Below, in pieces: positions 19,664-29,943 of a DNA stretch of 64,000 nucleotides (its first letter is position 1; each line of letters starts with the position of its first letter). Below the pieces are notes generated by a model. The model searched no databases, was not told the origin of the DNA, and was given only the letters and a program-made list of their open reading frames with translations. Origin of the DNA: Terriglobia bacterium (GTDB taxonomy: Bacteria > Acidobacteriota > Terriglobia > Terriglobales > Acidobacteriaceae); the NCBI GenBank assembly GCA_041495845.1, contig JBGQDM010000005.1, positions 472 through 64,471 of the forward strand, in the 5' to 3' direction. Both the position numbers and the translations under genes were made by a program.

Positions 19664-20989
19664 TTGAACAGAGGCAGAACTGCGGTCATCATCGGCGCGC
19701 AGTGGGGCGACGAAGGCAAGGGCAAGATTGTGGATGTGCTCTCCGAGCGCTTCACCGTCGTCGCGCGCTATGCCGGCGGCCACAACGCCGGCCACACTGT
19801 CATCATCAACGGCAAGAAATTCATCTTGCAGCTTGTCCCCTGCGGTGTGCTCCGCCCGGGATGCCGCAGCGTCATCGGCAACGGCGTGGTGCTTGATCCG
19901 CTCGCCTTCCTCAAGGAAGTCGGCGGTCTCCGTGGGATGGGCGTCGCCGTGGACGGTCATCTCTTCGTCAGCAACCGGGCCCAGGTCATCCTGCCTTACC
20001 ATCGCATGATGGAACTCGGTTCGGAAAACGCTCCTGGCCGGGTCAAAATCGGCACCACCTCGCGCGGCATCGGCCCTGCTTACGAAGACAAGATGGGCCG
20101 TCGCGGGTTGCGTGTCGCCGATCTGCTCGACCTCAAACTGCTCCGCACCCACATTGAAAACGCCTGCGCCGAGAAAAACATGATTGCGCACGCGCTCTTC
20201 AACTCCGAGCCGCTCGATTCCGACAAGATGTACAAGGAATACGCGGCCGCCGCCGAGCAACTCGCGCCTTTTGTCTGCGACACGGCCGCGCTGCTCAACC
20301 GCGCCATTGCCGAAGGACATGCCGTAGTGTTCGAAGGTGCGCAGGGTTCGATGCTCGACATTGATCATGGCACCTATCCCTTTGTCACTTCTTCCAGTGC
20401 CACCTCCGGCGGCGCCGTCACCGGCACGGGTGTTCCGCCGAATGCCATTGACACCGTTATCGGTGTGACTAAGGCCTATTGCACCCGCGTCGGCGGCGGC
20501 CCCTTCCCCAGCGAAGCGCTCGACTCCATGGGCGAAGTCTTGCGCGCCCGCGGCAACGAATTCGGCGCCGTCACCGGCCGCCCCCGTCGCTGCGGTTGGA
20601 TGGACTTGCCTCTCCTGCGCTACGCTGGCATGATCAACGGCATCAACTGGCTGGTGGTTACCAAACTTGACGTGCTCGATGAACTGGCGGAGATTCCTGT
20701 CTGTGTGGGCTACAAACTGGACGGCAAACCCACCACCGAAATCCCGCCGCAGGTCAGCGGGTTGGAGCGCCTCGAATGTGTCTACACCAAGATGCCGGGC
20801 TGGCGCACTCCCACGCAGGACATTACGACGATGGAGAAGCTGCCCAAGGCGGCCCGCGAGTATCTGGCCTTCCTGGAACGCGAGACCGGGGCCCGCATCG
20901 GCATGGTCTCTACCGGCCCGGGTCGCGATCAGACGATGTACACTGACGCTTTCCAGGCGGCACTGAAGAGCATGGAGAGCGCCGCGTAG
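19664..20989 (+). CDS. purA: Adenylosuccinate synthetase
   Basis: IIGAQWGDEGKGKIVD P-loop and GTTSRGIGPAYEDK motif. The apparent start is TTG. Confidence 0.95.
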   Translation: MNRGRTAVIIGAQWGDEGKGKIVDVLSERFTVVARYAGGHNAGHTVIINGKKFILQLVPCGVLRPGCRSVIGNGVVLDPLAFLKEVGGLRGMGVAVDGHLFVSNRAQVILPYHRMMELGSENAPGRVKIGTTSRGIGPAYEDKMGRRGLRVADLLDLKLLRTHIENACAEKNMIAHALFNSEPLDSDKMYKEYAAAAEQLAPFVCDTAALLNRAIAEGHAVVFEGAQGSMLDIDHGTYPFVTSSSATSGGAVTGTGVPPNAIDTVIGVTKAYCTRVGGGPFPSEALDSMGEVLRARGNEFGAVTGRPRRCGWMDLPLLRYAGMINGINWLVVTKLDVLDELAEIPVCVGYKLDGKPTTEIPPQVSGLERLECVYTKMPGWRTPTQDITTMEKLPKAAREYLAFLERETGARIGMVSTGPGRDQTMYTDAFQAALKSMESAA

Positions 20990-21267
20990 CGTTAGGAGAC
21001 TATTGGGATCGGGCGCGGCTTTAGTCGCGCCAGCTTGGCGCGGTGAACATCTTGGGCTTCAGTGGGTGCGAGAGAACTGCTCCTTCGTCGGATGTGGTGG
21101 GCCGAGAACTGCGGATATCAGCCCCGGAGGGGCGTTTGCCAATAGCCCGGCGCTTTCAGCGCCGGGGAAAAGTGGGAACACCGAGCCAGTCCCGGAGGGA
21201 CGACTGAAATTCTCACGCACTCTTCAGCCCTACGAGTTCTAATTTTTTTGAGGATTGGAGATCAGCA

Positions 21268-21555
21268 ATGGTGGTGTTGTCGGTAGTCTGGATGGCGAAG
21301 GCGGGCCATGAAGCCGAAGTGGCCGGAATCTTCAGCAAGCTGCAGGAAGAATCACGCAAGGAACCTGGTTGCACAATGTATGTCGTGCACCGCCACCGCA
21401 CCGAGCCGCGGCGCTTTTTTCTGTACGAACAGTACCAGGACGACGCCGCTCTCGAAGCTCACCGCACCGCCCCACACTTCATGGAATACGCCAGGAAGGC
21501 CCTGCCCAAAATCGCCGAGCGCATCGAGGGCCAGCTCTACGACCTGCTGCCGTAG
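21268..21555 (+). CDS. Antibiotic-biosynthesis-monooxygenase (ABM) domain protein
   Basis: 95 aa. The pattern EP.C..Y......P..F.L.E.Y.D..A...H....HF is typical of ABM/YgiN-like proteins. Confidence 0.7.
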   Translation: MVVLSVVWMAKAGHEAEVAGIFSKLQEESRKEPGCTMYVVHRHRTEPRRFFLYEQYQDDAALEAHRTAPHFMEYARKALPKIAERIEGQLYDLLP

Positions 21556-21556
21556 C

Positions 21557-21745
21557 CTACTTCTTGTCCACCATCAACACGCCGCCGGACGCATAGCTTT
21601 CCTTCGAGACCTCGTGGAAGGCCACGACAATCGCCTCCCGCCGCGCGCCTGCTTCTTCCGCCATGGCGTCCGTGATCCGCTGCGCCAGTTTGCGCTTCTG
21701 TTCGACGGTGCGTCCCGTCAACATCGTGACTTGAACCAAAGGCAT
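21557..21745 (-). CDS. 4-oxalocrotonate tautomerase family protein
   Basis: MPLVQVTMLTGRTVEQKRKLAQRITDAM has the catalytic Pro1 pattern, 62 aa. The start was moved to the ATG at 21745. Confidence 0.8.
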   Translation of the reverse strand: MPLVQVTMLTGRTVEQKRKLAQRITDAMAEEAGARREAIVVAFHEVSKESYASGGVLMVDKK

Positions 21746-21800
21746 GGAACACCATCCCCTCTCTTCAACCGGCAGAAAAAGCACGGAACTCCCGCACCAG

Positions 21801-21836
21801 GAAGATCCGTGCTCATCCGTGAAATCCGTGGCGAGG
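21801..21836. repeat. cacggat-type dispersed repeat copy
   Basis: The reverse complement reads cgccacggatttcacggatgagcacggatcttc, matching 8177-8207 and 52217-52250. Confidence 0.6.
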
Positions 21837-21840
21837 CTTG

Positions 21841-22266
21841 CTATTTCGCCAGTTCGTACCCGGCAAAAAAGAAGCTCAGCTCAAAGCGCGCCGTGTCTTC
21901 CGCATCCGACCCGTGGATGGCGTTGTGCTCGATGTTGGTGGCCCACTTCTTGCGGATCGTGCCCTCTTCCGCATTCGCCGGATTGGTGGCCCCCATCAGC
22001 TTGCGCAAATCGGCAATGGCATTTTCTTTTTCCAACGCCAGCACCACAATCGGCCCGCTCGACATGAAGTTCGTCAGCGAATTGTAAAACGGCCGCGCCG
22101 CGTGCACCGCATAAAACTGCTCTGCCTGGTGCTTGGAAATTTCCAGCATCTTGATGCTGAGAATGTGGAAGCCCTGTTTTTCAAACTGTTCGATGATGTC
22201 GCCGACCGCGTTCTTCTTCACCGCGTCCGGCTTGACGATGGTAAGAGTGCGTTGCAGTGTTTTCAT
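21841..22266 (-). CDS. ndk: Nucleoside diphosphate kinase
   Basis: [10 protein letters not shown]...NAIHGSD includes the active-site His motif. 141 aa. Confidence 0.95.
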   Translation of the reverse strand: MKTLQRTLTIVKPDAVKKNAVGDIIEQFEKQGFHILSIKMLEISKHQAEQFYAVHAARPFYNSLTNFMSSGPIVVLALEKENAIADLRKLMGATNPANAEEGTIRKKWATNIEHNAIHGSDAEDTARFELSFFFAGYELAK

Positions 22267-22339
22267 AAGTGATGGTTTTGTCCTTGAATCTCGCGGTGTT
22301 CTCCGCGTTCTTTGCGCCCTCTGCGGTTCAGTTCCTCGG

Positions 22340-23218
22340 CTACGCTTTCACGCCCAGCACCGACGCCAGCGTCTCGCCCATCATGGCTGGCGACTCCGCC
22401 ACTCGGATACCCGCAGCTTCCAGCGCTTTGATTTTTTCCGCCGCCGTTCCCTTACCGCCGGAAATGATCGCGCCCGCGTGTCCCATGCGCCGGCCCGGCG
22501 GCGCAGTCTGCCCGGCGATGAACCCCACCACCGGTTTTTTCATATTGCGCTTCACGAAATCCGCCGCCGTTTCTTCCGCGTCGCCGCCAATTTCGCCAAT
22601 CATGATTACAGCCTCAGTCTGTGGGTCGCGATTGAACAGGTCCAGCGCATCCACAAAGGTTGTGCCGATGATGGGGTCGCCGCCGATGCCAATGGCCGTG
22701 GACTGTCCAATCCCGCGCAGCGTGAGCTGATGCACCGCCTCATACGTCAGCGTGCCCGAACGCGATACGATCCCCACGGAACCTTCCTTGTGAATCCGCG
22801 CCGGCATGATTCCCACCTTGCATTTTCCGGGTGAAATGATTCCCGGACAATTCGGCCCAATCAGCCGCGAACGCCGCGACTGCAGAAACTCCCACGCCTT
22901 CACCATGTCCAGTGCGGGAATACCTTCCGTGATGCAGACGATCAAGTCGATCTCGGCATCGGCCGCTTCCATGATGGCGTCCGCAGCCCCGCCCGGCGGC
23001 ACAAAAATCACCGAGGTGTTCGCCCCTGTCTTCTCCACCGCTTCCAATACCGTGTTGAAGATCGGCCAACCTTCATGCGTGGTTCCGCCCTTGCCGGGCG
23101 TGACACCGCCCACAACTTTGGTTCCGTACTCCGCGCAGGCCTTGGCGTGAAACGTCCCTTCACGCCCGGTCAGGCCCTGCACTACCAGCTTCGTTGCTTT
23201 GTTAACCAGGATTGCCAT
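22340..23218 (-). CDS. sucD: Succinate--CoA ligase subunit alpha
   Basis: [21 protein letters not shown]..., SRSGTLTYE and GHAGAII (phosphohistidine) motifs. Confidence 0.95.
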   Translation of the reverse strand: MAILVNKATKLVVQGLTGREGTFHAKACAEYGTKVVGGVTPGKGGTTHEGWPIFNTVLEAVEKTGANTSVIFVPPGGAADAIMEAADAEIDLIVCITEGIPALDMVKAWEFLQSRRSRLIGPNCPGIISPGKCKVGIMPARIHKEGSVGIVSRSGTLTYEAVHQLTLRGIGQSTAIGIGGDPIIGTTFVDALDLFNRDPQTEAVIMIGEIGGDAEETAADFVKRNMKKPVVGFIAGQTAPPGRRMGHAGAIISGGKGTAAEKIKALEAAGIRVAESPAMMGETLASVLGVKA

Positions 23219-23244
23219 GAGTGCCTTCTCCAAAAAATGTCGCG

Positions 23245-24420
23245 CTACGCCCGCCCGGCTGCCGCTACCACTTTCTCTGCCGCGTCCTTCATTGTTTCCG
23301 CCAGGATGAAATTCAATCCTGACTCCGCCAGGATTTTCTTGCCCTCTTCCACGTTCGTGCCTTCCAGCCGCAGCACCACGGGAAGCTGGATGTTGGTCTT
23401 GCGCGCGGCTTCCACCACGCCCGTGGCCAGCGTGTCCACCCGCAGGATGCCGCCAAAAATATTAATGAGTACGGCCTTCACACTTTTATCGCTGAGCAGA
23501 ATCTCAAACGCGTGCGCCACTTGTTCGGCATTGGCTCCGCCACCCACATCCAGAAAGTTTGCCGGCATGCCGCCCGCGTACTTGATGATGTCCATGGTCG
23601 CCATCGCCAACCCGGCGCCATTCACCATGCAACCTACGTTGCCATCCAGCTTGATGTAGTTCAGGCTGTACTTCGACGCTTCGACTTCGAGTGGGTCTTC
23701 TTCCGTGAGGTCGCGCAGGTCTTTCAACTCGGGATGCTTGAAGAGCGCGTTGTCGTCAAAATTGATCTTCGCGTCCAAGGCAAACAAGCGCCCGTCTTTC
23801 GTAGTAATGAACGGATTGATCTCCAGGAGGGAAGCATCCGTCTCCAGAAATGCTCGATAGAGCCCCCCGAGAAATTTCACCGCTTCGCTGAGTTGCTCCG
23901 GCTTCAGGCCCAGCGCAAACGCCAACTTGCGCGCCTGGAACGCAATCATGCCCATGCCGGGATCCATGTGTTCTTTCAAAATGGCATCGGGATTTTCCGC
24001 TGCCACCTGCTCAATGTCCATGCCGCCCGCCGCCGACGCCATGAAGACTGCTTTCCCTTCGGCACGATCCACCAGAATGCCGAGGTAGAGCTCGCGATCA
24101 ATTGGCAGCGTCTCTTCGATCAGCAATCGCCGCACGATGCGCCCTTCCGGCCCGGTCTGGTGGGTCACCAGCGTCATGCCCAGCATTTTTTCGGCGAACT
24201 GTCCCGCTTCTTCGACCGACTTGGCAATTTTCACGCCGCCGCCCTTACCGCGACCGCCGGCATGAATCTGGGCCTTCACCACTACGCCGTTCGCGCCGGA
24301 AGAAAAAAGATTCTGGGCGATGCGCACAGCTTCCTCGTGAGTGGTCGCCATCTCGCCGCGGGGAACCGGCACGCCGTACTTTTTGAGGATTGCCTTCGCC
24401 TGGTACTCGTGAATTTTCAT
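23245..24420 (-). CDS. sucC: Succinate--CoA ligase subunit beta
   Basis: [21 protein letters not shown]-terminus and the ATP-grasp pattern. It lies upstream of sucD. Confidence 0.95.
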   Translation of the reverse strand: MKIHEYQAKAILKKYGVPVPRGEMATTHEEAVRIAQNLFSSGANGVVVKAQIHAGGRGKGGGVKIAKSVEEAGQFAEKMLGMTLVTHQTGPEGRIVRRLLIEETLPIDRELYLGILVDRAEGKAVFMASAAGGMDIEQVAAENPDAILKEHMDPGMGMIAFQARKLAFALGLKPEQLSEAVKFLGGLYRAFLETDASLLEINPFITTKDGRLFALDAKINFDDNALFKHPELKDLRDLTEEDPLEVEASKYSLNYIKLDGNVGCMVNGAGLAMATMDIIKYAGGMPANFLDVGGGANAEQVAHAFEILLSDKSVKAVLINIFGGILRVDTLATGVVEAARKTNIQLPVVLRLEGTNVEEGKKILAESGLNFILAETMKDAAEKVVAAAGRA

Positions 24421-24657
24421 GATGATCCCTGCGTATGAGGTCGCTTACAGCGTTGGTTCCGGGCAGCAAACCATTGATTCTACAGGACGAAGAAGTGTTT
24501 CGCCAAGAATTAAGCGAAGCCATCCGCGGCGCGCGCTCGTGGGCGTTTTTTCCTGTCTCCGGCCGATTTGATTAACCTGTAACCGATCTTTTACTGGTTA
24601 ATCATATCCTCAGATAACATTGTCGCAGCCGTTTGTGTCCGCGAAAGCAGGGGGAAC

Positions 24658-25074
24658 ATGGCGTCACCCACCGACATTCGACCGCCGTTTACAGCCGAGA
24701 CTGCGAAGGCCAAAGTGCAAGCTGCGGAGAATGCCTGGAATACCCGCGACCCGGAGCGGGTCGCTTTGGCTTACACCGAAGACTCGCAGTGGAGAAACCG
24801 CAGCGAATTTCTGCAGGGGCGCGCGGCCATCAAAGAGTTCTTGCGCCGCAAATGGGCGAAGGAACTCGATTACCGGTTGAAGAAGGAGTTGTGGACATTT
24901 ACCGGGAACCGCATCTCCGTGCGTTTTGAATATGAGTGGCATGACGAGGCGGGGCAGTGGTATCGGAGCCACGGCAACGAACAGTGGGAATTCGCGTCCG
25001 ACGGGCTGATGCAGCGGCGCGATGCCAGCATCAACGATTATCCGATCAACGAAAGCGAAAGACGCATCCTCTGA
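24658..25074 (+). CDS. DUF1348 / NTF2-like (SnoaL-like) family protein
   Basis: PPFT.ETA..KV..AE.AWN.RDPE.V...YT.DS.WRNR.EF and GNE.WEF pattern. Confidence 0.7.
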   Translation: MASPTDIRPPFTAETAKAKVQAAENAWNTRDPERVALAYTEDSQWRNRSEFLQGRAAIKEFLRRKWAKELDYRLKKELWTFTGNRISVRFEYEWHDEAGQWYRSHGNEQWEFASDGLMQRRDASINDYPINESERRIL

Positions 25075-25105
25075 ATGTTCGGGGCTGCTGCAAGTTGAAA
25101 GAGAA

Positions 25106-25747
25106 ATGATTATCAAGGAACTTTGGCGGTATCCGGTGAAGTCGCTGGCGGGCGAGATGCTGCAGCAGGCGCGCCTGTCTGAGTTTGGCGTGGAAGGCGA
25201 CCGCCGAGTGGTGGTGGTGAGGCCGTCGGGAAGGGTGATGACGGCGCGAAGCCATCCTCGACTTCTGTCCTTGAAGGGGAGCACCGGCCCGGATGGCGAG
25301 CCGCAGATCAACGGGAAGCCATGGTCGGATGCGGAAGCGCTGGCGCTGGTGCGCGAGGCGGCGGGTGAAGCGGTGGAGTTGGTAAAAGTGCAGGGCACGG
25401 AGAGTTTCGACGTGTTGCCACTTTCGGTGGCGACGGATGGCGCGGTGGCGTATCTCGGAGTCGACCGGCGTCGCTTCCGGCCGAACATTTTTCTGGGTGG
25501 AGTCGAGGGTCTGGCCGAACGCGCGTGGCAAGGTCGCGCGTTGCATATTGGCAACGTCGTGGTGCGTCTGGTGCAGTTGCGCAGCCGCTGCGTTATGACC
25601 ACGTGGGACCCGGACACGCAAGTGCAGGATCCAAGCGTGCTGCGGCGAATTGTTGAGGAACTGGATGGAAGGCTCTCACTGGATTCAGCGGTGGAGCGGG
25701 GCGGAGTGATTCGGGTTGGGGATGAGGTGGAGTTGGTGCCGAGGTAA
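25106..25747 (+). CDS. MOSC domain-containing protein
   Basis: IKELWRYPVKSLAGE...GVEGDRR and RFRPNI pattern. The start was moved to the ATG at 25106. Confidence 0.8.
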   Translation: MIIKELWRYPVKSLAGEMLQQARLSEFGVEGDRRVVVVRPSGRVMTARSHPRLLSLKGSTGPDGEPQINGKPWSDAEALALVREAAGEAVELVKVQGTESFDVLPLSVATDGAVAYLGVDRRRFRPNIFLGGVEGLAERAWQGRALHIGNVVVRLVQLRSRCVMTTWDPDTQVQDPSVLRRIVEELDGRLSLDSAVERGGVIRVGDEVELVPR

Positions 25748-25872
25748 GAGCCTGCGGTTCAGAGTACAGAGCCGTCAAGGTTAGGGCCAAAGCTTGAAAC
25801 GCAGAGGGCGCAGAGAAAATCCAAAAGCCTTGCGGGTGAGGTGATGGTGACCCTTGCCCGCGCCACACAGGC

Positions 25873-26522
25873 TTACTTGTTGTGCTCACGGCGGAGGAAG
25901 TTGGTGACCTTGGCGCGATTGCCGCACTCCTTCATGGCACACCAACGACGATCGCGGCGGCGGGAAACATCGTAGAAATAAAGTTTGCATTTAGGATTGC
26001 CACACTTGCGCACTGGGGCAGTCGGGCCTTCCACAATCAACTCAGCGGCGGAACGGGCGATCGCAATCAGGGTTTTCATGGGGCCATCTTCGCGCATGGC
26101 GAACTCGAGAGAATAACGTCCGGGGCGGGCAGCCTGAAGATAGGGATAACCTTCGGTCCGGCGAAGGATGTGATTGACGTATTCCGTCTGTTCGGGCTGC
26201 ACCGAGCGGCGGTGGGCCAGGGCGTCGAGGGCAATGCGAATGGCGCCCGGAGAAAGTCGGCAGCGCGCAGGACGTCAGCGCACTCGCGCCCCCGGAGGAA
26301 GCCCAGCGCCTTGGCGGTCATTGGCTCAAGCGCACCGATGGCCACCAGAAGATCAAGAAAAGCCGCCCAATCGTGGATGGGATCGGGTATGCCGACAGGC
26401 GCAACCCCGGAATTGGCAAAATCAATGCACAGGCGATTGCCGATCAGGCAGTAGAGCGAAGAGGGAGCGCGCCCAAGCATGGGGTTGAACACGAGTGTGG
26501 CGCGTGTCTCGCCCCTTGGCAA
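25873..26522 (-). pseudogene. CGNR zinc-finger / ABATE-domain regulator gene interrupted by a frameshift
   Basis: The N-terminal ABATE-like part (CIDFANS...) is in one frame (26522 down to about 26250). The C-terminal part (PGAIRIALDAL...CGNPKCKLYFYDVSRRRDRRWCAMKECGNRAKV) is in another (about 26245-25873). Confidence 0.6.
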
Positions 26523-26572
26523 GGGGCGGCATTGCCAGCGGCGGCCAGCGTGCGTTAGCTTGAAGCTTCCCG

Positions 26573-27631
26573 ATGATCACGGAAGTTCTTCATCGTCTGG
26601 TGGTGCACCGGCAATCGCTGGAGCGGGCGGAGGCCTGTGCCGTGATGGCGGAGGTACTGCGCGGAGCGGCGACGGACGCGCAGATTGCGGCGCTGCTGGT
26701 GGCGTTGCAGATGAAGGGCGAAACGGTCGAGGAGATTGTTGGATTCGCGGAAGCGATTCGCCAGGCGGCAACGCCGTTGCCGGTGGCGGAGAATTCCGTT
26801 TTGTACGCCAGCACCACCGGGCGCGACGCGCTGGTGGACACGTGCGGCACGGGGGGCGACGCCAGCGGGACGTTCAACATCTCGACGGCATCGGCACTGG
26901 TGGCGGCGGGCGCGGGCGTGCGCGTGGCCAAGCACGGCAATCGCAGCGTGACCTCGAAGTGCGGCTCGGCGGATGTGATGGAATCGCTGGGAGTGAAAAT
27001 TGACCTATCGCCGGCGCGGCTGGCGGCATGTCTGGAGGAAGTTGGAATTGCATTTCTGTATGCTCCGGCGCTGCACTCGGCCATGAAGTACGCGCAGCCG
27101 GTGCGGCAAGAGTTGCGCCTGCGAACCGTTTTCAATCTACTGGGGCCGTTGACCAACCCGGCGCACGCTTCGGCGCAAGTGGTGGGCGTGTATTCGGCGG
27201 AACTGGTGGAAAAGCTGGCGGAAGCGCTGAGCATGCTGGGCCTGAGGCGGGCGCTGGTGGTGCACGGCAACGACGGACTGGATGAGATCACGATTTCAAC
27301 GGAGACGCGGGTGGCGGAAGTGCGCGACGGACGGGTGTGGAGTTATGAAGTGACGCCGGAAGAATTTGGACTGCGGCGCGCACCGCTGGAGGAAATCGCG
27401 GGTGGCGACGCGGCGGAAAATGCGGCACTGATTCGCGGCGTGCTCGGCGGCGAGAAGTCGGCGCGGCGGGATGTGGTGCTGCTGAATGCCGCGGCGGCGC
27501 TGGTGGCGGCGGGGCGGGCGGACGCTATGGCTGCGGCCATGCCGCTGGCGGCGAGTTCGATCGATTCCGGGGCGGCGCGGCGGAAGCTGGAAGCGCTGGT
27601 GGCGTTTGGGGCACGCGAAGACGGCGGCTGA
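26573..27631 (+). CDS. trpD: Anthranilate phosphoribosyltransferase
   Basis: [22 protein letters not shown] and [16 protein letters not shown] motifs. Confidence 0.93.
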   Translation: MITEVLHRLVVHRQSLERAEACAVMAEVLRGAATDAQIAALLVALQMKGETVEEIVGFAEAIRQAATPLPVAENSVLYASTTGRDALVDTCGTGGDASGTFNISTASALVAAGAGVRVAKHGNRSVTSKCGSADVMESLGVKIDLSPARLAACLEEVGIAFLYAPALHSAMKYAQPVRQELRLRTVFNLLGPLTNPAHASAQVVGVYSAELVEKLAEALSMLGLRRALVVHGNDGLDEITISTETRVAEVRDGRVWSYEVTPEEFGLRRAPLEEIAGGDAAENAALIRGVLGGEKSARRDVVLLNAAAALVAAGRADAMAAAMPLAASSIDSGAARRKLEALVAFGAREDGG

Positions 27632-27642
27632 GCTGCTGACAA

Positions 27643-27820
27643 GTGCAGGGGTCCTTCGCTACTGCTCAGGATGACAGAGTTGGGAGGAGCAACGGCAAAA
27701 GCTTGAAACGCAGAGGACGCGGAGGAAGCCGCAGAGATCACAGAGAAAGGCCTTGTTGCACTTCCGACGATGCACGCGGGAGCAGGCACAGAGGTCCTTC
27801 GCTCGCGCTCAGGATGACAG
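27643..27820. repeat. Composite intergenic repeat cluster (two gtgcagaggtccttcgc..gctcaggatgacag cores flanking an aaagcttgaaacgcagagg unit)
   Basis: Cores at 27643-27677 and 27786-27820, with the middle unit at 27698-27750. Related copies occur elsewhere in the window. Confidence 0.65.
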
Positions 27821-27846
27821 GGCAGTTTTTCCGGTGAAGCAGTGGT

Positions 27847-28323
27847 TCACTTCGCCAGCTTCTTCAATCTTTCAATCTGCTGCAGGTGATTGGGGCCGTG
27901 CGCCGCCATTTTTTCAATCATCTCGGCGACGGTGACGTGGCGATTGAGTTCGGGGTGGAAGGCGCTCTTGTTCAAGTCGGCGGGCTGGATGCGGCGCAGG
28001 ACGCGGAGGTTGTGGTGGCGGAAGAGGCCGTAGGCGGCGACGAGTTCGGGAGCGCTGGATTCGATGTAGCCGAGTTCGCGCGCCCAGTCGTCCTGGTCCA
28101 TGGGCGCAATGACGGGACTCTTGTCGGCGAGCATCTGGCGCACGCGATAGCCCTGCACGATCTCGATGTCGGCGAGGTGGCCAAGAATCTCGAGGATGCA
28201 CCACTTATCTGGCGAGGGCTTGTAGCGCAGGACCTGGTCGGAGAGACCAATTACGGCTGCGGCGATTTCCTTCGGGCTCTTTTCGCCGGCCACCAGAGCG
28301 GATTTCAGTTGAGCAGGAGTCAT
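27847..28323 (-). CDS. DinB-family protein
   Basis: WCILEILGHLADIE and HGPNHLQQIERL are metal-binding His patterns of the DinB_2 type. Confidence 0.7.
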   Translation of the reverse strand: MTPAQLKSALVAGEKSPKEIAAAVIGLSDQVLRYKPSPDKWCILEILGHLADIEIVQGYRVRQMLADKSPVIAPMDQDDWARELGYIESSAPELVAAYGLFRHHNLRVLRRIQPADLNKSAFHPELNRHVTVAEMIEKMAAHGPNHLQQIERLKKLAK

Positions 28324-28353
28324 CGGCGGACCAGATTACGAAATTACAAAATC

Positions 28354-29793
28354 CTATCTCACTTCTACCTTCTCGATCCATTGCGCCACCTGGACGTTCC
28401 AGCCGAGTTCCTTGCGCATGAGGTCGCGCAACTGGGTGGCGGCGTCGGGTTCGCCGTGGACGAGGTAGGTGACGGCGGGTTTCTGCTTGAAAGTGCCAAG
28501 CCATTCGAGGAGTTCGGGGGGATCGGCGTGGTCGCTGAACTGCTCGATGGCGGCGACCTGGGCGCGGATGGGAACGGACTGACCGAAGATTTTCACTTCT
28601 GGCGCGCCGCTCTTGATGATGGCGCCGCGCGTGCCGGGGGCCTGGAAGCCGATGAAGATAATCTGGTTTTTCGGATCGGGCAATCGCTGGGCGAGATGGT
28701 GGAGCACGCGGCCGCCGGTGGCCATGCCGCTGGAAGAAATGATGATCACCGGGAAACGCGAATCGTTGATCTTCTTGGAGTCGATGGCGGTCAGGGCAAA
28801 ACTGAAACCCGCCCAGGTGAGGGGTGAGCCGTAGCGCGCCACCAGGGCCTTGTTCTCGTCGCTGTACTCTTCGGTGTGCTTCAGAAAAATCTCCACGGCT
28901 TTGATGGCCATGGGGCTGTCGCAAAAGACCGGCACACGGGGGATTTGGCCAGACTCCATCAGTTCCTTGATCATGAAGAGAAACTTCTGGGTGCGCTCGA
29001 CGGCGAACGCAGGCACGACTACGCTGCCGCCGCGCTCGACCGTCTGGGTGATGACGCGGGCAAGTTGCGGGCGGGGATCGTCATGCGGATGGCGGCGATT
29101 GCCATACGTGGATTCCATGATGAGCACGTCGGCAGTTTCGCCTTCGGTGGGGCCGGCGTGCACGACTTTGCCGGGCGCGATTTCGTGGTCGCGGACACGT
29201 CCGATGTCGCCGGTGAAGAGCAGGCGGCGCGACTGGCCGTTGATCTTGAGCGTTACTTCCGCCATGGCCGAGCCCAGAATGTGCGCTGCGGGCACGAAAC
29301 GGAACGACAGTTCCGGTGTGAGCTCGATGGTCCCTCCCATGGCGACGGGGCGAAAACGCTCAAGACACTGCTGCGCTTCTGCGAGCGTGTAAAGCGGGAG
29401 CGCGGGATCGTGCTTGGAAGTGCGGTTCTTGTTGTGGAAGGCAGCGTCTTCTTCCTGCAGGTGACCGGAATCGGGCAGCAGGACGCCGCAGAGATCCACT
29501 GTGGCCGGAGTAGCGTAGATGGGGCCGCAAAAGCCTTCTTTGACGAGACGCGGAATCCAACCGGAGTGGTCGAGGTGGGCGTGGGTAAGAATGACGGCGT
29601 CAATCTCACGCGCGGGCACGGGAGTGTCGCGCCAGTTGCGCTCGCGCCATTCTTTTGGTCCCTGAAACAAGCCGCAGTCAATGAGCGCCTGGAAACCGGC
29701 GCGTCCGCTGCCGTCGGAAGTGGTGTTGATCAAGTGCTTGGAACCGGTGACGGTGCCGGCGGCGCCGAGAAACTGGATGTAAGGCAAAAGCAC
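28354..29793 (-). CDS. MBL-fold metallo-hydrolase with beta-CASP / RNA-metabolising domain
   Basis: THAHLDHSGWIP (HxHxDH), ESTYG, and C-terminal FSDHAD and YLVHGE patterns. Confidence 0.85.
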   Translation of the reverse strand: MLLPYIQFLGAAGTVTGSKHLINTTSDGSGRAGFQALIDCGLFQGPKEWRERNWRDTPVPAREIDAVILTHAHLDHSGWIPRLVKEGFCGPIYATPATVDLCGVLLPDSGHLQEEDAAFHNKNRTSKHDPALPLYTLAEAQQCLERFRPVAMGGTIELTPELSFRFVPAAHILGSAMAEVTLKINGQSRRLLFTGDIGRVRDHEIAPGKVVHAGPTEGETADVLIMESTYGNRRHPHDDPRPQLARVITQTVERGGSVVVPAFAVERTQKFLFMIKELMESGQIPRVPVFCDSPMAIKAVEIFLKHTEEYSDENKALVARYGSPLTWAGFSFALTAIDSKKINDSRFPVIIISSSGMATGGRVLHHLAQRLPDPKNQIIFIGFQAPGTRGAIIKSGAPEVKIFGQSVPIRAQVAAIEQFSDHADPPELLEWLGTFKQKPAVTYLVHGEPDAATQLRDLMRKELGWNVQVAQWIEKVEVR

Positions 29794-29943
29794 CTCCCGA
29801 GGAATAAGAAAAGCTATCGCAGAGGTGAGGGGATTGTCGAATTAACTGATTGCACTCCGCTGCCACCAGCAAGTTGCATAGGCCCTTCGCTCCGCGCAGG
29901 GTGACATCCTGGTGGAAAGCAAAAACAGAATGACAAGCACAAC

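Noticed and set aside
21110-21215. GC-rich structured element after purA (perfect hairpin cccggcgct-ttc-agcgccggg at 21146-21166, flanked by cccggaggg motifs)
   Set aside because: It looks like a REP-type element but occurs only once in this window, so repeat status or function cannot be supported here. It may simply be the purA terminator region.
24569-24605. Inverted repeat tgattaacc-N19-ggttaatca between sucC and the DUF1348 gene
   Set aside because: It is a possible operator, but no regulator gene is adjacent, the spacing is atypically long, and support is insufficient.
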